Shown piece after piece: positions 1 through 11,268 of a DNA stretch of 64,000 bases. Source of the DNA: Octopus vulgaris (Eukaryota); assembly GCA_951406725.2 (NCBI GenBank), contig OX597826.1, positions 58,714,001 to 58,778,000 on the forward strand, read 5' to 3'. Numbering within the stretch: the stretch's first letter is position 1; every line of letters starts with the position of its first letter. A program made the translations under genes and the position numbers. A model generated the notes under the pieces. The model ran no database searches. It saw only the letters and a list, made by a program, of their open reading frames with translations, and was not told the DNA's origin.

Positions 1-872
1 TTGCTTTGAAACCGAAATGGTCGTTTTTCTACTAACGCTGCTCATAGTAGGTGTTCTTCGTTGTCGTGTTGTTTGAGTTTAAAAGTTCAAAGTTGTCTAA
101 ACCTTTCATATCCCACCAAACAGACAACAACACCTTACGTGGGTGAAAACCTTCTTCAGCCTGGGTTGTCGGTGTTTCTCTTCTCATTACTCACTGTATT
201 CGGCACTTGACATTTTTATAGCGAACCCATTTCTTGTCACCATTCACTATTCAGTACAAAACTTCGTGAGACGTGACAGCAAAGAAGAGCACACATTCAC
301 TCACTGCACACGATTTGACTCGGAAAGCTTGTGACGAATCAATTGACCTAATTTGCTGACTTCTCCGATGGCACGCAGGTGTCGATAAATGGTTGAATGA
401 CCAAATCCAAGCTTCTCTGCTAATTCCTCAACAGTTACGATGGGATTTCGTTCCACCAGAATTTGTGGGACATCCTGGTCGAGCTCAACAGATCTTCCAG
501 GATGCGGCTCGTCTTTTAGGCTGTAGTTTCCAGCTCGGAATTTCTGGAACGTTGACACTGGCTTACGCTTATTGTCCGATTCCTATATACTACATTAATT
601 TTCCTCACACTTTTCCTTGCGTTGTTGCTTTTATTGAACTCATAAAGCTAAATATACCAAATATGTTCTTTTATCACTTCCATTATAGCTTTGAAAAAAA
701 TAACTGTTAAAATCGAACTGCACTCTTCAAAACTTGCACTAAGAATAAGTACAAGGTAAAATTACTACCTGCTATTATAACAAGTTGGTGCAGGGAGTTT
801 CTCCCGTTCTCCTCCTACTTTTAGTTCATGCAATGGAAAAAAACTGCATTATGCATGGGATGGCCAAAACAT
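1..872 (-). mobile_element. Decayed mariner transposon, 5' half (runs off the window start)
   Basis: From ATG at 683 the minus strand reads MEVIKEHIWYI*LYEFNKSNNA...FQKFRAGNYSLKDEPHPGRSVELD...TVEELAEKLGFGHSTIYRHLRAIG. This is the mariner paired HTH region, with a stop and a frameshift. TIR-like end at about 840-872. Confidence 0.9.
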
Positions 873-1390
873 ACATATATGCGTACATACGCAAGTATGT
901 ACGTATGTCATTATACAGTGCTATTTCAAGACTTCTTGCCAATAAAGTGTCGATTTCTAACCAAGATACAAGACTCCTTCATTGGAATTTCAACAACATC
1001 AACAGGATATTTTTGTATGTATGTATGCATGTATGTATGTATGTATGTATGCGTGCAGATTTGTATGTGTTGCTTTATATATGTATTTTCGTGCATATAC
1101 TTTCATATCTAGACATACTCATATATACTTAAATTATAACTACACGAAAGTTTTACAAATTTTTGCAGTTTCACTGATGGCTTGGATCTGTAGTTTTCGA
1201 ATCAGCTTTCTCCGTTCTGGTTTTGAGAAGCTTATTTTCTCAAGATTGTTATTTAGGCTGTGTGTTACGTATCCCAGTGCCCCAATAATTACAGATAGAA
1301 ACCTGATCTTGTAATCTAGATGTGCATCTATGTATGTATGTATGTATTATGTATGTATGTATGTATGCATGTATGTATTATGTATGTGAA

Positions 1391-1774
1391 GTGGAGGCGC
1401 AATGGCCCAGTGGTTAGGGCAGCGGACTCGCGGTCATAGGATCGCGGTTTCGATTCCCAGACCGGGCGTTGTGAGTGTTTATTGAGCGAAAATACCTAAA
1501 GCTCCACAAGGCTCTGGCAGGGATGGTGGTGATCCCTGCTGTACTCTTTCACGACAACTTTCTCTCACTCTTACTTCCTGTTTCTGTTGTACCTGTATAT
1601 CAAAGGGCCGGCCTGGTCACTCTCTGTGTCACGCTGAATATCCCCGAGAACTACGTTAAGGGTACACGTGTCTGTGGAGTGCTCAGCCACTTACACGTTA
1701 ATTTCACGAGCAGGCTGTTCCGTTGATTCGGATCAACCGGAACCCTCATCGTCGTAACCGACGGAGTGCTTCCA
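1391..1774 (+). mobile_element. tRNA-derived SINE, family D
   Basis: A-box-like TGGCCCAGTGG and B-box-like GGTTTCGATTCCC. A second copy of the head is at 58205-58256, and the tail recurs at 16058-16160. Confidence 0.8.
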
Positions 1775-2127
1775 TTCCCCATATGTATGCGAGCGTACTA
1801 TGTTTAAGACGTTCGAATCGAAACCACCGTTCCCGGGATTGAACCCACATGTGAGATCGTAGGCAAATATCGGTTTCTATAACGACGAGTTGACCCATAC
1901 GTCGGGAATGAATATGCGTAGATGGAAACTGCGCAAATGGAAGCCTGCCAGGTAGATTGTATCTCATAACGGTAAATCAGAAATGTACAGTGTATGAGAA
2001 TTGTGTCAGCGAAGTATTCAAATATTTACACATCAATTGAAGAACTGCTAATTTAGATGACTGAATTAATGAATCTTATCTTCATTAGTCGAACAACGGA
2101 ATTTCACCAGACCCTCCATCACACAGA

Positions 2128-2187
2128 CATACATGCATATGTATGTATGTGTGTGAGTGTGTGTGTGTTTGTAAATATGTGTATATG

Positions 2188-2218
<31 letters not shown>

Positions 2219-2612
2219 ATACATATATATGCATATATATATATATATACATACATATATATATAGATACATATATACATATATATATATACATATATAT
2301 ATACATACATATATACATATATACATATATATATACATATATATATATACATATATATATAACATATATATATAATATATATATACATATATATATATAA
2401 CATATATATATATAATATATATATAACATTATATATATATATATAACATAATATATATATATATATATATGTGTGTATATTTATACTTGTACGCGTGTAA
2501 TTGTGCCTGTCTGTTTATCTATCTATCTGTCTACACACACAGACACAGACACACACGCACACACACACACACGCACACACACACATAGACACAGACACAC
2601 ACGCACACACAT
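2128..2612. repeat. Compound (TA)n/(CA)n microsatellite
   Basis: Directly visible. Confidence 0.95.
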
Positions 2613-3069
2613 ATGCCTCGAACCTCATCAGCTATATAGGCAAATTAGCACTTAACCAATATTTTTCGAGTCCTACCGTCGACGTGACATACGGAGACAT
2701 TTTTGGTATTTTCGAGGAGAGATTGCATGGATGAATGAACAATGAAGAAAGTCCATTTCACCAATTCCAACTTAGAAACACTTCAATGGAAATATTTCCT
2801 AGTGTTTCGAAAGTTGCTACGAGTGCAAAGAATTTTGCTTATCCATGTTGAAGGAACATCTCCAGGCAGAGCTTTGTGAAATTTCCGCACATGTTTATAC
2901 AGTTTTTGAGTGTTTCGTCCGTTCTAAACTGTCCTCCAGTATCCGCCCCTCTTTAACACTTGCAGAAATTCTCTGCATAGAAATCACGATGGAATGTTAC
3001 AGGCAAAAGTACTTGAAAATGTTTGAAAGTTGTGTGTCAGTTGTGTGTGTGTGTGTGTTAGTAAAAGTA

Positions 3070-3612
3070 TTGGGTTGTCCGGAAAGTTCGTGCCGATTTA
3101 TAGTAGCTTACCTTTCGTCTTATTTTAGAAAACGGTCGAGGATTTCACTATAACTCCATTTAGAGCACAGTTTAAGCTATCTTTTCGTGGAAGAAGGTTT
3201 ATGTCCCTATAATCTGTGTTAATTTTGTAACCCTTTAAAATGGAAGATAAGAAAGTTCATTTTCAGCACTTGATGCTTTGGGAACCATACAAAAATTGCT
3301 GCAGCTCGGCTGGGATGTGCTACCCCCCACCCATATTCATCAGATATTGCTCCTTCGGATTTTCACTTATTCAGGTCTCTGCAGAATAGTCTTAATGGTA
3401 AATATTTCAGTTCCTTGAATGACGTAAACAGATAGCTTCATGAATTATTTGCCATGAAACCACCTGAATTCTGGGAAGAGGGTATTTTCAAGTTAAAGGA
3501 AAGATGGAGACGCATATGGTTCATATTTGGTTGATTAAAAATGTAATGGCAAGTATTTATTGGCCTTTTTCCTTCCTTTAAAAAATCGGCACGAACTTTC
3601 CGGACAGCCCAA
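3070..3612 (+). mobile_element. Internally deleted mariner element with both TIRs
   Basis: TIRs TTGGGTTGTCCGGAAAGTTCGTGCCGATTT / AAATCGGCACGAACTTTCCGGACAGCCCAA with TA on both sides. Interior encodes LQLGWDVLPPHPYSSDIAPSDFHLFRSLQNSLNGK...WEEGIFKLKERW (transposase C-terminus). Confidence 0.95.
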
Positions 3613-3943
3613 TATATATGTGTATGATCTATATCGTCAAATGAAATTGTTCTGGATAACTGACCAAACTGTCGCTATCAAATTCCTTTTCTCACCTATT
3701 TTCTTCTCCGTTGCATTCCTTTTCGCTTCTAAGAATCTCATTTCTTCTTGTTTTATAATAACATTTTTTTTTTTACAAAATATTATTTCATTATAATTAT
3801 ATCATGAAATCTTGTAAATATTTAGTGCTAACCTTAGTACTATTAATAGTAGTAATTTTTTCTCTACAGTATATTTGATGGCATAAAAGACACATTTCTT
3901 TTTGTCAAAAGATATCTGACAGATTTCGTTTTTGAATTTGGTT

Positions 3944-4248
3944 TCTAAGATTCTTTATGTGAGTTCGTGCGTTGAAGCATATTCTGTTGTGGCTGGGGAG
4001 AGTCATTTTCGTTTTGTCCCTTATAATTTAACACACTCACGGGTAAAATTTCCATTTATTTCTTATTTTTATTTTCCTAAAATTTTCGTTGCGCCTTGCA
4101 ACTTTTTCAATAGTCTTGACTCTCAAGAGTGAAGACTATTGAAAAGGTTGCAAAATAAAGATAAGAAATAAGTGGAAATTTTACCGGTAAGTGTGTTAAA
4201 TTATAAGGCACAAAAAGAAAATGACTCTCCCCAGACACAACAGAATAT
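3944..4248. mobile_element. Fold-back element, Penelope-like pLTR remnant
   Basis: 3979-4123 is the imperfect reverse complement of 4126-4248. The left arm carries a hammerhead-like motif. The flank at 3944-3978 resembles 18870-18905. Confidence 0.65.
4077..4113 (-). ncRNA. Candidate minimal type I hammerhead ribozyme, U3:A8 variant
   Basis: Minus strand reads CUA-UUGAAAA-A-GUUGC(AAGGC)GCAAC-GAAA-AU-U-U-UAG. Confidence 0.45.
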
Positions 4249-4404
4249 CTGATAGAAATCACCGAGAATCTGATATCAGGTGTCGAGCCTACAATAATCT
4301 TTAATGCCTTTTTAAAAGCTCTTTTCTGAATTTGTTCTGTTAAAACTGAGATGCGTCCAATATGACTCTGCGTCTCATATGTCATCAGATACTGTAATTT
4401 TGGT

Positions 4405-4612
4405 TCTAAATTTGGCAGAAGGTCAGCAAATTCGGGGGGAAGGGTAAGTCCAATACATTGACCCCCCACTGTTCAACTGGTCATTATTTCAGCGACCCTG
4501 AATTGATGAAAGGCAAAGTCAATCTGGACGGAACTTGAACTCAGAAGGTGAAGACATAGGAAATGCCGCTAAGCATTTTGCTCGGCGGTTAACGATTCTG
4601 CCAGCTCACCGG
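4405..4612 (-). mobile_element. SINE family A, diverged
   Basis: Matches the SINE-A core (GATGAAAGGCAAAGTC...GAACTCAG...TGCCAGCTC on + strand). Confidence 0.75.
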
Positions 4613-4633
4613 TTTATCATCAGATACGTTAAT

Positions 4634-4815
4634 ACTTTCTCTCTTTACGCTTTTACTTGTTTCAGTCATTTGTCTGTGGCCATGCAAATTGACCCCAGAA
4701 CTTCACCTTTGTAAGCCTAGTACTTATTCTATCGGTCTCTTTTGCCGAACCGCTAAGTTACGGGGTCGTAAACACACCACCAAGCGATGTTGAGGGGACA
4801 AACACAGACACACAA

Positions 4816-4852
<37 letters not shown>

Positions 4853-5042
4853 TATATATGTATATATACATATATACGACGGACTTCTTTCTGTCTCCGT
4901 CTACCAAATCCAGTCACAAGGCTTTGGTCGGCCCGAGACTATAGTAGAAGACACTTGCCCAAGGTGCCATGCAGTGGGAGTGAACCCGGAACGATGTGGT
5001 TGGTAAGCAAGCTACTTACCACACAGTCACTCCTACGCCTAT
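4634..5042 (-). mobile_element. SINE family B (tRNA head, CORE-like CCTTGGGCAAGT, internal CA/TA microsatellite)
   Basis: Reverse complement of 9853-10274. Confidence 0.9.
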
Positions 5043-5047
5043 AAATA

Positions 5048-5243
5048 TAAAGACAGGCGAAATACCTATTTCTTTACTACCCACAAGGGGCTAAACACAG
5101 AGAGGACAAACAAGGACAAACAAATGGATTAAATCGATTATATCGACCCCAGTGTGTAACTGGTACTTATTTAATCGACCCCGAAAGGATGAAAGGCCAA
5201 GTCGACCTCGGCGGAATTTGGCACGCTAACGTTTCTGCCAGCA
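5048..5243 (-). mobile_element. SINE family A, internally deleted
   Basis: Same sequence as the units at 8781-9386. Carries the GAAATAC|CTATTTC junction at about 5065. Confidence 0.85.
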
Positions 5244-5254
5244 GCGAGGTTTAA

Positions 5255-5700
5255 AGGTATCGAGCTGGCAGAAATGTTAGCGTGCAGACAAAGATATTTA
5301 GCAGCATTTCTTCTGTCTTTACATTCTGAGTTCAACTTTACCTTTCATCCTTTCGGGGTCTATGAAATAAGTACCTATTTCTTTATTACCCACAAGGGGC
5401 TAAACACAGAGGGGACAAACAAGGACAGACATAGGTATTAAGTCGATTACATCGACACCAGTGTGTAACTGGTACTTAATTTATCGACCCCGAAAGGATG
5501 AAAGGCAAAGTCGACCTCGGCGGAATTCGAACTCACAACGTAACGCAGACGAAATACCGCTAAGCATTTCGCCCGGCGTGCTAACGTTTCTGCCAGCTCG
5601 CCGCCTTAATGAAATAAGTACCGTTTCATTACTGGGGTCGCTGTAATCGACTTGCCCATTTACCGAAGTTGCTGGCTTTGTACCAAAATTTGAAATCAAT
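5255..5700 (+). mobile_element. Older SINE-A-like copy interrupted by a younger SINE-A (5376-5608, minus strand)
   Basis: 14-bp TSD ATGAAATAAGTACC at 5362-5375 and 5609-5622. Confidence 0.85.
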
Positions 5701-5811
5701 ATTAAAGCGAGGAGTTTATCGAGATAAAAAAGAAAATTTAAATATGTATTATTTAGAATTATGAGTGCTAGGGTACGAAGCAAAGATGCTAGATTTACTT
5801 GGGTTAAGGTG

Positions 5812-6145
5812 CATGGCTCAGTGGTTAGGGCGTTGACCTCGCAGTCATGAAGTAGTGAGTACAATTCCTGAACCGGGCTGTGTATTATGTTCTTGAGCAA
5901 GACACTTTATTTCATGTTGCTCCAGTTCACTCAGCTGTAGAAATGAGTTGCGACGTCACAGATGCCAAGCTATATCGGTCATTGCCTTTCCCTTGGATAG
6001 CATCGGTGGAGCGGAGACGGGAAGCTGGTATGCATGCGCGACTACTGGTCTTCCATAAACAACCTTAGCTTGACTTGTGCCTCGGGGGTAACTTTCTTGG
6101 AGCAATCGTATGGGCATTTATGATTGAAAGGAATCTTTATCCTAT
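5812..6145 (+). mobile_element. SINE family C
   Basis: tRNA-like head TGGCTCAGTGGTTAG and core TCTTGAGCAAGACACTTTATTTC...CAGTTCACTCAGCTGTAGAAATGAG. Several other copies in the window. Confidence 0.9.
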
Positions 6146-6285
6146 ATATATATAATGAAATGGTTTATCTGAGAAAATATAATCCTCCTTTTGAGTAGTA
6201 GACGCATAACTCAGCGGTTAGAGTGTTAGGCTCACAACCATGAGATACTGAGTTCAATTCCTGAACCGGGCTGTGTATTATGTTC

Positions 6286-6493
6286 ATTATTTACATTATT
6301 TAGATTATTTACATTTGACGGGTATTTGTCCACAACGTTCGAAATTTCCCCAAGACACCTGATGAAGGCTGGAGGGTATATCAGCCGAAACGTTGTGTTA
6401 ACAACAAACAAGATGAGGACAAATATCCGTCAAATGTAAATAATGTAAATTATGTAAATAATGTACATAATTCCTCATCTCTTAAATATAGAA
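6286..6493 (+). mobile_element. Penelope-like pLTR fragment with inverted 5' piece
   Basis: 6286-6339 is an inverted partial copy of 6389-6463. Contains a hammerhead motif and is flanked by a TSD. Confidence 0.7.
6354..6399 (+). ncRNA. Minimal type I hammerhead ribozyme motif
   Basis: GACAC-CUGAUGA-A-GGCUG(GAGGGUAUAU)CAGCC-GAAA-CG-U-U-GUGUU. Stems I and II pair, and stem III is the palindrome AACGUU. Confidence 0.75.
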
Positions 6494-6761
6494 CTGTGTG
6501 CTGTGTTCTTGAGCAAAACTCTTTATTTCACCTTGCTCCAGTTCACTCAGCTGTAGAAATGAGTTGCGACGTCATTGGTGTCAAGTTGTATCGGCCTTTG
6601 CCTTTCCTTTCGAGGCGAGGCTAGTATGCATGGGTGGCGGGGAGAGGCGAGGCTAGTATGCATGGGTGGCTGCTGGTCTTCCATAAAACAACCATCGTTG
6701 GGCTTGTGTTTGGAGGGTAACTATCTAGGTGCAATCACATAGTTATTCATGTCAGAAGGGG

Positions 6762-7159
6762 TTCTTTGCCCTTTATCCTATGTACATATATAATGGTGTG
6801 AAGACGGGAGGCTGGTATGCATGAGCGACTTGCTGGTCTTCCATAAAACAATCTTGCATGGAGCTTGTGCCTCGGAGGGTAACTTTCTATGTGCAGTCCC
6901 ATGATCATTCATGACCAAAGGAGGCTGTTACCTTTTTATAAATATATCAAAGAAACTCGGGGTTTTTTGCCCTTTACCCTATGTACATATATAATGGTGT
7001 GAAGACGGGAGGCTGGTATGCATGAGCGACTTGCTGGTCTTCCATAAAACAACCTCACCTGGACTTGTGCCTTGGAGGGTAACTTTCTATGTGCAGTCCC
7101 ATGGTCATTCATGACCAAATGGAGGCTGTTACCTTTTTATAAATATATCAAAGAAACTC
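6762..7159 (+). repeat. Tandem duplication (about 198 bp x2) of a SINE-C 3' half
   Basis: 6762-6958 and 6961-7159 are near-identical. Confidence 0.85.
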
Positions 7160-7724
7160 TGTATTTTCTGTGTATCTGTTATCGTAAGTTGTTGTCAATG
7201 AACTTGACAATAATTTGATATAACTCAGACGGGTGCAGTAAAGTTAATAGTGATGATGTTCATGAAAGGGGTGGTACTAGCTGTGAATGTGTTAGTAGAC
7301 AGTGATAATAATTTTAATTATATTAGTGATGCTAGTTAAGTAGATACTGATAATGATTTTAATATTAGTATATTAGTTATCGGATAGTGATGATAATTCT
7401 TATGATATTAGTAAAGATAAAAGAGATTCATAATTTTCTACGAACATTACTGTTAATAATGAAAGTAATGATGTTGTTTGTGGTGGTTGTAGTAGTGGTG
7501 GTGGTGGTGGTGGAAATAGAATCGTGGCGATGGTGGTGAATGTATTCTTGGGGGTTAATGATGGTATTAAGATTGTTACTACTAATAAATGTACCAATAA
7601 CGACGTTAAGCTCAACAGCATTATCAAGAGCAAATGTCAACAATAATATGACTAAAAGTAATGAGACTAAATAAGTAATAATCATATTACTCAAGAGTAT
7701 CGATATTGGTGATTAGAGTTGAAC

Positions 7725-7756
<32 letters not shown>

Positions 7757-7772
7757 GAAGAAGAAGAAGAAG

Positions 7773-8077
7773 GATTCTTTGGGGTTTGAATAATTCACCT
7801 CTGGAAACATGGGTGTTTCGTTCAACGTCCTTAAACAACCCTTATTCAAGGACCTTTTGAGCGGGATGGGTTACTCGATCTGAAGAAAATTCTAACTGGG
7901 CCCCACCTGCAAGGTCATGTGCTGTTTATCTTGATATGAGATCACCATGTCGCGCACATATGGTTGTGATGCATGTGCCTGGTGTACCCTTATCAGACGG
8001 GTAGTCATGATGGGTATACTGGGCTTCGTATATTTTACCCCAGTGTCACTTTGATGGCATGCTCTGTTCGCTCACTC
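7773..8077 (+). mobile_element. 3' end of an (AAT)n-associated retroelement (possibly R4/Dong-like)
   Basis: Reverse complement of 38210-38512. Ends CTCACTC directly into (AAT)n, with (AAT)n/(AAG)n on the other side. Confidence 0.65.
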
Positions 8078-8120
8078 AATAATAATAATAATAATGATGA
8101 TGATAATAATAATAACAATA

Positions 8121-8155
<35 letters not shown>

Positions 8156-8197
8156 AATAATAATAATGATGATGATAATGATGATGATGATAAAAAC

Positions 8198-8229
<32 letters not shown>

Positions 8230-8490
8230 CAATGACGATGATGGTGATGATGATATAATAATCTTCATAATAGATTAATGGTTTAAGCAGTAATTGATTG
8301 TGTTGATAATTATGCTAATGATGTTGAAAATGCTGGAGATGACAATGACCACGACGACGACAAAGATGATTATGATGATGATAATGATGACGATGATGAC
8401 GATGATGATGCTGTTGCTGTTGTTGATGGTGGTGATGGTGGTGGTGGTGGTGGTGGTGAATGTGGTGTTGATTGTAGTGGTGGTGGTGTT
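8078..8490. repeat. (AAT)n/(GAT)n/(GGT)n trinucleotide tract
   Basis: Directly visible. Confidence 0.95.
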
Positions 8491-8780
8491 ACAATCAACT
8501 ATGATTGCTGGTGTCGTGTAAACTATGCCATTAGTCGTCTTTACACATCACTGCACATTGGTATACTTCCGAATGGTGCCCTGTATATTCTATTCCGTAT
8601 AATAAAGTCACACTATAATCTTCAATAGTTTGCTGGAAATGTTACGTTACTGGATCCTGGAATGGTCTCTAATTTAGGAAAATCCAGTAAACCACGTGTC
8701 GACAAATTTTTACTTCTCCAGAATTTTTTTTTTTTTGTGTGTAATGCTCTGTTTCTACATAGAGTATTTGTATTGTTTCT

Positions 8781-9386
8781 TATTTCTTTACTACCCACAA
8801 GGGGCTAAACACAGAGGGGACAAACAAGGACAGACAAAGGAATTAAGTCGATTACATCGACCCCAGTGCATTACTGGTACTTTATTTATCGACCCCGAAA
8901 AGATGAAAGGCAAAGTCGACCTCGGCGGAATTTGAACTCAGAACGTAACGGCAGACGCAATACGTATTTCTATTGTTTTACTACCCACAAGGGGCTAAAC
9001 ACAGAGGGGACGAACAAGGACAGACAAACGGAGTATGTCGATTATATCGACCCCAATGCGTAACTGGTACTTATTTTATCGACCCTGAAAGGATGAAAGG
9101 CAAAGTCGACCTTGGCGGAATTTGAACTCAGAACGTAACGCAGACGCAATACCTATTTCTTTACTACCCACAAGGGGCTACACACAGAGGAGATAAACAA
9201 GGACAGACATAGGCATTAAGTCGATTACATCGACCCCAGTGCGTAACTGTACTTATTTAATCGACCCCGAAAGGATGAAAGGCAAAGTCGACCTCGGCAG
9301 AATTTGAACTCAGAACGTAGCGGCAGACGTAATACCGCTAAGCATTTCGCCCGGCGTGCTAACATTTCTACTAGCTCGCTGCCTTC
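8781..9386 (-). mobile_element. Head-to-tail trimer of SINE family A
   Basis: Three units of about 190-235 bp. Only the rightmost has the 5' head. Candidate TSD ATTTGTATTGT at 8766-8776 and 9387-9397. Confidence 0.9.
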
Positions 9387-9852
9387 ATTTGTATTGTATT
9401 TGTATGTGTATTATTTCTTCTAAGCACATTTTACGTTGTGTGCTTCCATCACCATTTATGATACGTCTCTAGTTAAAGATCTTCCACTGCCGAATATATT
9501 TCATGTTAGTTACTGTTAATCTCCAGAGGTGGCTTAATAAATAATGTCAACGTGTTCTTATTAAGGTGTTAGATGTATCTGCACTTGAAATCATTTGCAG
9601 ACAGTTTTATATATGACTTATATACTGAAATTTATGTCCACTTTAGATTAATAAACCACATTGTTTTCAGCTATTTGGAGTTAATGGAACAATTGACGAA
9701 GTTCAAACAGTTACATCCAAACCAAAATGCTGACTCCTTGTGCGTAATTAAGTGGTTTAATATTATTAATTTATCTACATATTTGAGCTAAATTAGAGGA
9801 TTCTGAGATCTGTGCGATATTGAGTGTGGTGAACTAACATTGTTTAACAGTA

Positions 9853-10274
9853 TAGGCGCAGGAGTGGCTGTGTGGTAAGTAGCTTGTTTACCAGCCACAT
9901 GGTTCCAGGTTCAGTCCCACTACGTGGCACCTTGGGCAAGTGTCTTCTACTATAGCCTCGGGCCGACCAAAGCCTTGTGAGTGGATTTGGTAGACGGAAA
10001 CTGAAAGAAGCCCGTCGTATATATGTATATATATATATATATATGCGTGTGTGTGTTTGTGTGTCTGTGTTTGTCCCCCTAGCATTGCTTGACAACCGAT
10101 GCTGGTGTGTTTATGTCTCCGTTACTTAGCGGTTCGGCAAAAGAGACTGATAGAATAAGTATTGGGCTTACAAAGAATAAGTCCCGGGGTCGAGTTGCTC
10201 GATTAAAGGCGGTGCTCCGGCATGGCCGCAGTCAAATGACTGAAACAAGTAAAAGAGTAAAAGAGTAAAGAGTA
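9853..10274 (+). mobile_element. SINE family B, full length
   Basis: Head GGCGCAGGAGTGGCTGTGTGGTAAG, B-box-like GGTTCAGTCCC, CCTTGGGCAAGT, (AAAGAGT)n tail. Confidence 0.9.
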
Positions 10275-10874
10275 TTTCTGTTAAAATTTTTAGTGTACTT
10301 ACGCCCCACTTCCTCGTGAGAGGCGTTAATCTAATAATAAAAGAGGCTACCTGCATGTTTTATGGTGAATTAAACCAAGTTATAACCCTATGTCTAAGTT
10401 CCTTCATTTTTCCCCTTTTGTTTGTTTATTCACCTCCTTGATATAGGAGATTACTTCCGGTGGTTTACATTGGACAAGGACTTCCTTCATTCGTCACCGT
10501 AATCTTCAAGTAATGCTACATTGAAACAGATATGAGGATATGAGCGATAAAAATAGAAGAGCTAATAAAATAAGCATGGATTGACTGGAAGACAGATGAA
10601 ACAGATAGGAAGGAAACGAACGCAATAAAATTAAAAGAATAGAATAGAGATACAATAAAGACAGAATGAAAAGAAGGAAGGAAGAATAAAGAATAAAGAC
10701 GGAAGCATTGAGTATAGAGAAAACTAAGAGAAGTAGCGTAAGAATGGTAGAAACCGTCGAGTAAGAAGGAAATCAGAGAATGAAAAAGAAAGAATGAAAG
10801 AAAAGGGAGTAAGCAATAAAAGCGAGGAGAGAAAATAAAACGATGGAAAGAACGAACGAACGAGAGAAGAAAAT

Positions 10875-11268
10875 AGTCTTTTCTAATCTAGGCCCGAAAT
10901 TTTGGGGAATGGGGCCAGTCGTATAGATCGACCCTAGTACGCAACTGGTACTTAATTTATCGACCCCGAAAAGATGAAAGGCAATGTCAACCTCGGGGGA
11001 ATTTGAACTCAGAACGTAAAGGCAGACGAAATACCTATTTCTTTACTGCCCACAAGGGGCTAAACATAGAGGGGACAAACAAGGACAGACAAACGGATTA
11101 AGTCGATTATATCGACCCCAGTGCGTAACTGGTACTTAATTTATCGACCCCGAAAGGATGAAAGGCCAAGTCGACCTCGGCGGAATTTGAACTCAGAATG
11201 TAAAGGCAAACGAAATACCGCTAACCATTTTGCCCAGCGTGCTAACGTTTCCGCCAGATCGCCGCCTC
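10875..11268 (-). mobile_element. SINE-A dimer (two units with different 3' tails)
   Basis: Junction GGCAGACGAAATAC|CTATTTC at about 11034. Confidence 0.85.

Larger units (their letters stand above)
6203..6780 (+). mobile_element. SINE family C interrupted by a Penelope-like insert
   Basis: Head at 6203-6285, resumes at 6494. Imperfect 15-bp TSD CTGTGTATTATGTTC / CTGTGTGCTGTGTTC. Confidence 0.85.

Noticed and set aside
1391-1465. tRNA genes (also 36900, 55475)
   Set aside because: A/B boxes only, continuing into SINE bodies. No complete cloverleaf.
2660-2735. YGDIFGIF resembling a reverse transcriptase YxDD motif
   Set aside because: Catalytic motif incomplete and no flanking RT motifs recognised
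8781-9386. CRISPR-like or rolling-circle array
   Set aside because: No spacers, eukaryotic context, and the units belong to different SINE subfamilies
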